From: Moniliella sp. 'wahieum'
Taxonomy: Eukaryota
DNA length: 64,000 bases
NCBI GenBank assembly: GCA_003971905.1
Contig: RSEE01000001.1
Span: forward strand, 1,054,001 to 1,118,000
Reading direction: 5' to 3'
In this document: one piece after another, positions 51,017 to 61,192 of the stretch
How positions within the stretch are numbered: position 1 is the stretch's first letter
Layout of the letters: every line of letters starts with the position of its first letter
The notes under the pieces: generated by a model
The model's input: only the letters and a program-made list of their open reading frames with translations
Databases searched by the model: none
Told to the model about the DNA's origin: nothing
Program-made: the position numbers and the translations under genes

Positions 51017-52084
51017 ATGAAAGACGTTCTGACGGATGCCAACTTTCCTCGTGACGCCGAGGGTCGCACTTACCATGTCAACACCAAGCCTGGTGAGGTG
51101 GCCAACCGGATCGTGGTCGTTGGCGACTTTGTCCGGGCGAGGCGCATTGCAGCCCACATGGATGGCGGGAAACCGTTGTTTGAGCTCGTGTCCCAACGCA
51201 ACTTCCTTACATTGACGGGACTCTATCGCGGTACCCCCCTATCTGTTGTTGCCATCGGCATGGGATTTTCCGTGGTGGACTTTTTCTTGCGCGAATGTCG
51301 TGCCGTGGTGGCCGGGGACCTGGTGATTGTGCGTGTCGGCTCTTGTGGTTTTGTCAATGAGGAACTCACAATCGGTACCGTATCTGTCCCACCTGCGTCG
51401 TTGGGCATGATGCGCAAATACGATTTTTTCCACCCATCGACTTACACTGGTGAGACAGCATCCCCTCTGGATGCATACGAAGTGACCAAACCTCTCCCGG
51501 CGGATGAGGCGGTACACGCAGCCTTGGTTCAGACACTAGAGGACACTTGCCCACCTGCTTCGCAGGGACGGTTTGAAGGCCAGCAGCCTAAGATCAAAAG
51601 CACCTTTCTCAATGGCTCTGCCGACTCGTTCTACGGCACGCAAGGCCGAGTCGACTCGCTGTTTGTGGACGACAACAATGGTCTAATCGCGGCCATCCAG
51701 GATAGCCACCCTACTCTTTCCACCTTGGAAATGGAGACATTTGTCCTTTCTCACCTCGCCCTTTGTGCCAACTATGCCGCCGAAAATGAAGAGCGCAAAG
51801 GCGGGATGCAGGAGGGCACCCTTCCGCGGATCAAAACGGCAGCGATGCAAATGATGTACGCACCATATATTCCTTTCGTTCCGCCAGGCCACACTGACTC
51901 TGCTACCCCTCATAGTTTTGCCAACCGTAACAACCAGGGCTTCATTACCCCTGACGAGGTACAGCTACTGGAAGAATGGTGTGGTAAGGCAGTGTGCGAA
52001 GCACTCATTGCCACGCCCATCGCCCAAGATCGCCTTCACCCGGACCCAGGCAGCGTCTGGGCCATCGAGGTCCCGAGAGCTTAG
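51017..52084 (+). CDS. Uridine/purine nucleoside phosphorylase family protein (PNP_UDP_1); in-frame intron near 51856-51914
   Basis: 'YHVNTKPGEVANRIVVVGD..RA', 'TLTGLYRGTPLSVVAIGMG', 'VRVGSCG', 'SADSFYGTQGR', 'LEMETF'. Confidence 0.88.
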   Translation: MKDVLTDANFPRDAEGRTYHVNTKPGEVANRIVVVGDFVRARRIAAHMDGGKPLFELVSQRNFLTLTGLYRGTPLSVVAIGMGFSVVDFFLRECRAVVAGDLVIVRVGSCGFVNEELTIGTVSVPPASLGMMRKYDFFHPSTYTGETASPLDAYEVTKPLPADEAVHAALVQTLEDTCPPASQGRFEGQQPKIKSTFLNGSADSFYGTQGRVDSLFVDDNNGLIAAIQDSHPTLSTLEMETFVLSHLALCANYAAENEERKGGMQEGTLPRIKTAAMQMMYAPYIPFVPPGHTDSATPHSFANRNNQGFITPDEVQLLEEWCGKAVCEALIATPIAQDRLHPDPGSVWAIEVPRA

Positions 52085-53451
52085 ACACCGTTTCCCCTCT
52101 CGGATGTCTAAGCGGTCTGGGGAATGGGGTTTGTCAGGTCGTATCCAACCCTGTGTTTGAAGCAGACGGACAGTCGTATCTTGCTTCAATGCCGACCCCT
52201 TTTGGGGTGAGGGAGTACTGTGCTCATCTATGGCGTGTGGTGGAGAATCTATGGCGATTATTCCACGTCTGCCGACCCACATACGATAAGTTTGAGGGGT
52301 GGCAGATAATCCCGTAGAGATGGGAGGCTCACCCGTCAGTTCGTGCCTGGCAAGTATCCACGGGTGGAGAAATCAAGGCTGACGGAGGGGAAGTTGGGGA
52401 CAGACAGAATCGTCCACGGCATGAAGATAAATCACACGTCCAGAGTAGATGACCTAGCTCCGACCAGCAAGAGTTCTCAGACGCCTCTGTTTGACAGCAA
52501 CTACACATGAATCTAGGTGAAGAAGACGCAGAGAGGTCGATGGTTGAAGAGCGCACCGAGAATATTGGATCGACTGCAGGAACCTCGACAGCTGATGCTC
52601 TTCAAACTTCAAGCATGACCTTCATGCCCTACTTCAACGTCCAACGCATCAGGGCATCAGTATTCCTGTGGTTCCCCGTTTCAAAGCTGGCGTGGCTGGC
52701 ATGTCTTCCGCTGCATCTGCCGATACCCTCTTTCCCCGCAGCTCCACGCCCAGCCTGTGAGCAACAGCAGGCAATGACGCCCAGCTGCACCTTGGACGCT
52801 CTAACCAGCGTGCCTGGCCGTCGGGAGTGAATGACGTCAGCAATACGTGTCCACGGCCTGCACAGAGCGCGGACACTGGCGGCTGCCCTTGCAGCTGCAC
52901 CAACTCTATTCGGCAAGTTGCGCGCCAGTCTTGCCTGTTTTGTGTTGCACTGGGTTTGGCAGCTCGGGCCTGCCATGGCCTCGCAGCTGCGGCTCAGGCG
53001 CCCATGCATTCCGTCCCCATGCAGGAGGCACTAGCCCCCTGCAGGACAAACATCTATGAGCGCAATGCACGGCACCACTGCCGCCGTGCCAGGCGTGCCC
53101 CCACCGGTGATGGCTGAGTGTGGCGGACGCGTGGGGGCAGTGTCGATCCGCAGTGGCGCCGCACGTCGGCAGCAGGCGCGGCGCAGAGGAGCAGGGCTTG
53201 GGACGGCACCGCGCCCGTGGGGCGGGGCTGGCGCGTGGCGGGGGTGGGAGGCTGTCGGCGTGCTGGGCTTTGTGGTGATCGTCGCAGCCTTCAGAGCGCT
53301 GACTCGTGGACGTTTCTCTTACTTTCTACCCCACCACCTCCGCCTTCGCCGCCGCATCCACTCTCGCATTCACTCCCGCCTTCGCCCCCCTCGTGCCCCT
53401 TGCCCTTCTACTCCCGCCTGTGCATCTGCCCTCCCACCCACCACCACCCCC

Positions 53452-54489
53452 ATGTTCGGCACCGGCCCACCAAGCTTTGGGCGCATGACCACTGGCTTCA
53501 ACACCAGCTCTAGCGGCTCTCCCCTCACCTCCCCGCTCTTCCTTGCCACTGCCGTATGCGCCTGCATCGGCTGGCTCGTCGCCTTCATTGGCCAGTGTGC
53601 GCTGCAGGCCAAGCATGACTCGGACGCAAAAGCCGCGCGCATTGATCAAGGCCAGGCTCACCTTCCCTACATCTGGTTTGGCATCTTTGCTCAGCTCGGC
53701 ACAACGGTCCTGGTGCTGATGACGCTCCATACACGCTCGTTGGCCCGCTATCGCACCTTGATCAGCTCCTCTCTTGTTCTTTCCATTGTCTTTGCCGTCA
53801 TGGCGCTGACCAGACCATCTACGACGTGTCCACTGCGCAGGACGCCTCCTCTGCCCACGCCACCGCCGCGGATATGTCCTCTGCCTCGCCGCCGATATTC
53901 CATGGTTGATTATCCTCAGCAGCGACCCTAGCACCTTCTTTGGCCGTTTCGCCGGAGACGCAGCTGGGCTTCTTCCCCCGCTGGGGCGGCCAATGCCGGG
54001 AGCATGTACACCACTCCCGCAACGGGGACCTTTGGCAACTCCGCACCCGCCCTGGCCCAATCTATTCCGATGGAGACCTCTCACACGGCTGGGTATGGTT
54101 CTTTGGGAGCTGGCTATGGCCCAACGGGGGTGCCTATGCCCCGCGCTCGGTCTCTGCCACCGAAATGGCCCCACAGCCCGAGACAATCCCCATGTCGACA
54201 GTGACGGGGTATGGACGAGAAGAGGAAAAGGAGGCACCGGTCGTATTGGCCTCTCCACCGGCCGCAACCACCAACCTACCACAAGAGCATGCACCCGCTG
54301 AGGAGGCGCAACACCTCCGTGCTCGTGCCCTCTACGCCTACACTGCCTCCCCTGACGATCCGAACGAAATTTCCTTTGCCAAAGGGGAAGTGTTGGATAT
54401 CACCGACAACTCGGGCAAGTGGTGGCAGGCACGCAAAGCCGATGGGCGCGGGTATTGTCCCCAGCAACTATATGCAGCGGATCGAGTAG
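53452..54489 (+). CDS. SHO1: Sho1 osmosensor (TM region plus C-terminal SH3); frameshifted
   Basis: TM segments '[11 protein letters not shown]' and 'WFGIFAQL'; SH3 '[40 protein letters not shown]...GIVPSNY'. Confidence 0.9.
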
Positions 54490-55293
54490 CCTTGCGTGCA
54501 GCCATACCCTTTCTTTTCTCATCCTGTTGTACCCCTCCTTTCTGTCCCCCTTATCCCCTGTCGTTGACTGGCGTGCAATGGACACTTGCATTCCTCGGCG
54601 CTGGCGCCGCGTTTCCTACTCCGGCCCAAACCACGGCTCACTTGTAACACTGAAGCTGTAATTTCTCTCTCGCTTTCCTCCTTCGCTTTCCTCCCTCGCT
54701 TTCCTCTCTCGCTTTCCTCCCACAACTCTTTTGACCCACACAAGGAGTCATGTTTTCTTAGGCCCGGACTTCGCTCTCTCTTGGGAACCACCTATCCTTT
54801 GGCTCCACCATTATCGCGTATCCTTTCTCTACTGTACATTTGTTACCGCGGCATCCTATCCCATTGAACGTCTCCTGAACTTGAACCGCTCTCACATCAC
54901 GACGCCTTAGGCCTTATCCTTCTTCCCTTTTTCCTAGTCCTTGTTTTCTCGTGGCTAGCAGATCAGAGACCAGTCTGACAGCGCTCCGCGTCGGAAGCCA
55001 GACCAAGAAGCAAGGCATTCACAGTGGAACCTAGCGATCCTTATATCCAGAATTGAGTTGAGCTTGGCGACGTGCAAGTAGCTAAGGCGGCGAGTGTGGG
55101 GATGCTGAATGCGTTTGGAGATGCTAAATGCGTTTGTGCAGAAAATGCAAGGGAACGTCAATCGTTCTTGGCGTCCAGAAGAGGTCGCGAGGCATGAGGG
55201 GGGGGGGGGGCATCGTATATATATAGTCCTGCTAAAGGAGTTGTACTGGGGGTACCATATCATTTGAACCATCGAATGAATCTGCAAAAAGAA

Positions 55294-55378
55294 CGCCCCA
55301 CGTGGGACTCGAACCCACAACCGTGAGATGGATCTCCTAAGTAAGAGTCTCAAATTCTACCGATTGAAATAGCGAGGC
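55294..55378 (-). tRNA. tRNA-Lys(CTT) with a 12-nt intron (55330-55341)
   Basis: GCCTCGC/GTGGGGC acceptor stem, anticodon stem TGAGA/TCTCA with CT-CTT-A, T-arm GTGGG-TTCGAGT-CCCAC, and a T5 Pol III terminator just downstream (55286-55290). Confidence 0.92.
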
Positions 55379-55428
55379 TGGTTGTCTTTTCCTAGCCCGC
55401 ATTCAATTCCAGTAATAGTACCGGCTTA

Positions 55429-56266
<838 letters not shown>

Positions 56267-57453
56267 TCAAGCGAAAGCCACCAAAGCCTCCGGGTCGGAT
56301 GCGGGTACGTCGACAGGAGAAGCGCTTACGTTAAAAGTGTTGGAAACGCTGTGATTGGAGGAGTGGGGCTGTGGGGATCAAGGGGAGGTGGTGGTGGAAC
56401 CAACGTAAGTGCCCAGCCAGGGCCAGGCGGGTTTATTAGCCCAGCTGGGGGCGGGCTCCCAAGGGCCAACGTGGATCGCGTCATCACATGTCACACTGCC
56501 CCCCTGGGAGTCACATGGTTGACACCCCTGCCAGCAGGGGCAGTCCTGCCTTGTTAGGCTCTAGGCCTTATCGCTCTGGGCCCGGCCGGTGCAACTACTA
56601 TGCACAGGACTCAGGCCCAGTGCTGAGTGCGCGTGCCCATCCTCCCACGCGCTTACCAGCCCCAGCAACCGCTTGGCCACGTGGAACGCTTTGAAACGTT
56701 CACGCCTCCTGTTCTGTCCTTGTTGACGTTTAACTTTGAATTCCCAGCAAGCCACACCCCCCATTCGGGCCAGGCCCAGGCCTCAGCTTCAGGCAGGCAA
56801 CCAAGCCACGCACCCCGTCAGGCAAGCAGCCAACGTCTTTATGTGCAGCCACGAGGTGGCTCGTGCGCTTTGCGGCCAAGTCCCCTTCGGCTGCTCTTCA
56901 GGCCAGGCCAGGGCCAGGCCCCTAGGGGTTTGCATGGGTACCGGTTGCATCTGATTCTGTTGAGCTCCGCGATCTGATCGTCTGATCTACTACTTATCCC
57001 TGATCTCTGACCCCAGATCCATCAAGAAGCACATCAGGTGCATCAGGGCTGCCATGTAAACCCGATCGTATGCACTAGAGAGTATTTACAGCGGGCATGC
57101 AGGTCATGAACGCGGTCCTCAGTACCCTCATGGGCATCCTGGGTCTGGACGCTCACCTTACTCTGGCCCAGCAGTCTCCAGTTTTGCCGACATCAAGACC
57201 TGTGATACCGATCATGACCGTGCCTGTTCCTCCGTTTCCACATCTACTCATGTTCCCGACACCCAGTTTGCATGGAATAAGGAATCAATGGATTGAGGCA
57301 CCAGGAGCAGATCTTCGTGGCGCGACTCGTCTTCACGCTACTATTATTGACAAAGGCAACAGCGGTGATCGTGTGGGGTAGAAAGTGCATCCCCCCCTCA
57401 ATAGCCCATCAAAATGGCCGTGCAGCAATAGGTGATTTGCCGTACACTCGATT

Positions 57454-58426
57454 TCAGCACGACTCTTCCGGATGAGATGCATCATGGGGGTCGGGTGGGG
57501 GGATGGGTACGCCCTCAGGGAAACGAGCACGGAGCTCTGCATTCGCTTGGCGTAATTGTTTGTTTCTCTCGAGGAGCTGCTCCAACTTGATCTGAAGTTG
57601 CTTCCTTTCTTCCTCCAGTGTCTCTGCCCGCATCTTTTTGCGCATGCGGAACCGGGCACTGGCCATCATGTTCCGCCGCTTCTTGTCCTCCTTGAGAGAC
57701 TGACGCGCCTTCTCCACCTCCACTGGCTCAACAGGGTGTTTCCGCTTTATCGAAGTGGAAGAAGCAGGACGTTCCGCTGGAGGGGATGGCAGTGAGGGTT
57801 CTTCCAACAGTTCTTGCACCCAGTTTTTGGCAAGCTTGGTATGCCCAGCGTCATGAGCTTGATGATGCTCACCAGGTGATACAGTGGGAGTGGCTTCTGG
57901 CTGAAATTGAGGGGAAACACTGCTCTCGCGGACGAGCCGGGCTTGGCGTCGGAAAGAGTATCGCATGTGTGCGCCGAATCAAGCGCTTGACGCAATTGCA
58001 CCAAGGCGAGCGGACTCCCCAGGGCAGACAATATTTCTTGGCGATGAGAAAGCGCTGCATACCGCTCTGTTGGGGGGGAGGGCTTTAGAGCCGGGGGCGA
58101 AGGGGGTTCATTTTTGTTCAACGAAGCTAACGCCTGCTTCCAAAGGGCTGGTCCAGTGAGGGAGGAAGGCGAACCGGATTGTAAAGTTTCCTTGGCCAGG
58201 AGGCCATCATTTTTGTTCTCTGGCAGCTCGTCGTCCAGCCCAATCCCTGGCCAGTGGGGCCGTCGAAGGAAAAAAACGGTGGTCCAGAGTGCGAGTGGAT
58301 CATCTCAGAGCCAGACTCGGTGCCGTCTTGTGGGGCCTCTGGTGCGGAGTCAAGAGATGAGGAGGCAAATGGATTGATGTCCCAGAGGAATGCAGGGCCC
58401 ATTTGGGTGGAGGAAAACATGGACAT
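57454..58426 (-). CDS. bZIP transcription factor, MetR/Cys-3/Zip1-like basic region; frameshifted
   Basis: 'EDKKRRNMMASARFRMRKK' followed by Leu heptads 'LEEERKQLQIKLEQLLERNKQLRQANAEL'. The N-terminus is pieced together from ORFs 58127-58426 and 57747-58121. Confidence 0.8.
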
Positions 58427-58544
58427 GGGCAGCTGGAGCGATTAGGGATGACGGTGGTGGGCTTAACGAAGGGATGGGTTGAGATGGGATTGGGCTACAG
58501 CAGGTGGTCTGTTCTTGCAGAGATAGTGTGGTTATGCCCGCGGC

Positions 58545-60690
58545 TGTTGGCCTAGGGAGCCGGACGGGCAGAAGGATGAGGAGAAGGTGATGGATTGGAG
58601 CCAGAGTTGGGTCTGGGTACAGAGGCATCTATAGGAGGCTGGACTAGGCACAGGGACAGTGAGTCACACAGGAGAGAGTGCAGGGCACAGGGACAGTGAC
58701 ACGCAGGGACGTCAGCGTGGAAGCCGATGGAACCGAGGCGAACCTGGTCTACCGACTGGGAGCCAGAGGATCACAGTCAACACCCCCCCTGTGGCCAGGG
58801 AACCCGGAGACATCGGTTGTGGGATGAGCTCCTGCCAGTGGATGTAGAGAGGGGAGGACTTGAGTGGCAACCGGGACGAATGGCCTGGAGTTGTGCATGG
58901 CCACACGACTGGCCTACACCCCCTGTCCAGGATAGCCGATGGAACCGAGGCGAACCTGGTCTACCGACTGGGAGCCAGAGGATCACAGTCAACACCCCCG
59001 CTGGCCAGGGAACCCGGAGACATCGTTGTGGGATGAGCTCCTGCCAGTGGATGTAGAGAGGGAGGACTTGAGTGGCAACCGGGACGAATGGCCTGGAGTT
59101 GTGCATGGCCACACGACTGGCCTACACCCCCGCTGTCCAGGATGACACCTGAACGAGCCGAGCGCTTGGGTGTAGGCCAGTCGTGTGGCCATGCACAACT
59201 CCAGGCCATTCGTCCCGGTTGCCACTCAAGTCCTCCCCTCTCTACATCCCTGGCAGGAGCTCATCCCACAACCGATGTCTCCGGGTTCCCTGGCCAGCGG
59301 GGGTGTTGACTGTGATCCTGGCTCCCAGTCGGTAGACCAGGTTCGCCTCGGTTCCATCGGCTTCCACGCTGACGTCCCTGCGTGTCACTGTCCCTGTGCC
59401 CTGCACTCTCTCCTGTGTGACTCACTGTCCCTGTGCCTAGTCCAGCCTCCTATATAGATGCCTCTGTACCCGACCCAACTCTGGCTCCAATCCATCACCT
59501 TCTCCTCATCCTTCTGCCCGTCCGGCTCCCTAGGCCAAGAGCTACAATCTGATCCCCCCGGAAGGGGAGCGCTCTTCAAGCAAGCCCACCCCCAAGCCTA
59601 CAAGCCCAAGCTAAGCCGCCAAGCCCACAAGACACACCCGTCCTCCCGCCCAACACACCACCGCCACAATCGGCACCTTACCGCCACAATCGGCATACTA
59701 CCGCCACAATCGGCATACTACCGCCACAATCGGCACACTCGTCCCCCACAGATGGGGCAATGATTTTTAGGGACAACACGACGGAACAAAACGTGTCGGG
59801 TATCGTCAACGAGACGAAATTCCTCCAACGACAAAACGGCGCAGGCGAATCGCAGAAAGCGGGGGTGGCTGCTCATCAAGTGCCCCACCCACGGCTACAC
59901 GCCCCGGATTGCCAATTCATCCGGGGCACCTGGGGAAAGGATGGGGGGGGGTGGTCACCCAACTTCTTCCACTCCTCTTTTTCAACAACAAAGAAACCCA
60001 AACAGATCAAGACGGTTGACGCATAGCGCCCGTTCATTTCCCATGCCCAATGGACCCCACTGGCACCAGGCATGCGGAACCAAACAACTACCAAACGCAT
60101 CCAATTTTGATGCCAACGACCTTGGACCGCATTTACTCCAAGTTTCCAATTTTCTTTCACTACACCTATAACTGGTGCTTTTACTTTTGCCCACCAAATC
60201 GCTTCGGGCGCAACCCCTACTACTTTTACTTCTAAGACTTCTACAAGCATCTGGCGGTCGCACAATACACCAACCACAAGCGCTCGGCTCGTTCAGGTGT
60301 CATCCTGGACAGCGGGGGTGTAGGCCAGTCGTGTGGCCATGCACAACTCCAGGCCATTCGTCCCGGTTGCCACTCAAGTCCTCCCTCTCTACATCCACTG
60401 GCAGGAGCTCATCCCACAACCGATGTCTCCGGGTTCCCTGGCCAGCGGGGGTGTTGACTGTGATCCTCTGGCTCCCAGTCGGTAGACCAGGTTCGCCTCG
60501 GTTCCATCGGCTTCCACGCTGACGTCCCTGCGTGTCACTGTCCCTGTGCCCTGCACTCTCTCCTGTGTGACTCACTGTCCCTGTGCCTAGTCCAGCCTCC
60601 TATATAGATGCCTCTGTACCCAGACCCAACTCTGGCTCCATCCATCACCTTCTCCTCATCCTTCTGCCCGTCCGGCTCCCTAGGCCAACA
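58545..60690. mobile_element. Non-autonomous element with ~390-bp terminal inverted repeats (TGTTGG...CCAACA), a 5-bp TSD (GCGGC) and extra internal repeat copies
   Basis: GCGGC at 58540-58544 and 60691-60695. Left arm 58545-59168 (with a ~212-bp tandem duplication) is the reverse complement of right arm 60277-60690. A third copy lies at 59169-59538. No transposase or RT ORF is recognisable. Confidence 0.7.
59661..59740 (+). repeat. 4 x 20-bp tandem repeat (CCGCCACAATCGGCATACTA)
   Basis: Units start at 59661, 59681, 59701 and 59721. Confidence 0.9.
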
Positions 60691-61192
60691 GCGGCCATAC
60701 CAACTGCTCCGGCCAAGTGAGACTAAAAAGCGAGGGTTTGCTGCGTCCAGCTCTCCGCAGTATCATGCGTTAAGCATGCATGACACGCGCCTTCGCTCGG
60801 CCGCCGCCGGAAATGGGCGGGGTTATGCTCGAGTTATGACCGTGACCGGATGTCGATGACCGTGGCATCCCGCTGCTGCGGCCAGTCACACTAGTCACAC
60901 GTCGCCTGCATCACACCACATGTGGTGTCCCGCATGTGGTACACCGCCCGTCCCGCGGCCCGCTTCACGCGCGTCACGCCTCGTGCGGTTGGGCCTCGCT
61001 CCAGCGGACAACCGAGCTTGCTGCTATTCCGCCGAGTAAATTCCGACGCGGCGGTGCGTGGGTTCATGGGTTCATGCACTGTGCTGACCTAACGTCGTGC
61101 GCGTGGAGGACGGCGCCTCAGCGGCTGCCACGTAACGACAGTGCCGCCCGCCTTCTTGCGACCACACGCCGGCACCCACACCCGTCGCGGCC

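Noticed and set aside
59661..59740. 20-bp repeats as a CRISPR array
   Set aside because: They are head-to-tail with no unique spacers, there are no cas genes, and the context is eukaryotic.
59169..60690. A simple TRIM/LTR retroelement formed by the two direct copies
   Set aside because: There is no TSD around this pair and no clear PBS or PPT, and the 5' copy is truncated. The TSD instead brackets the larger inverted structure.
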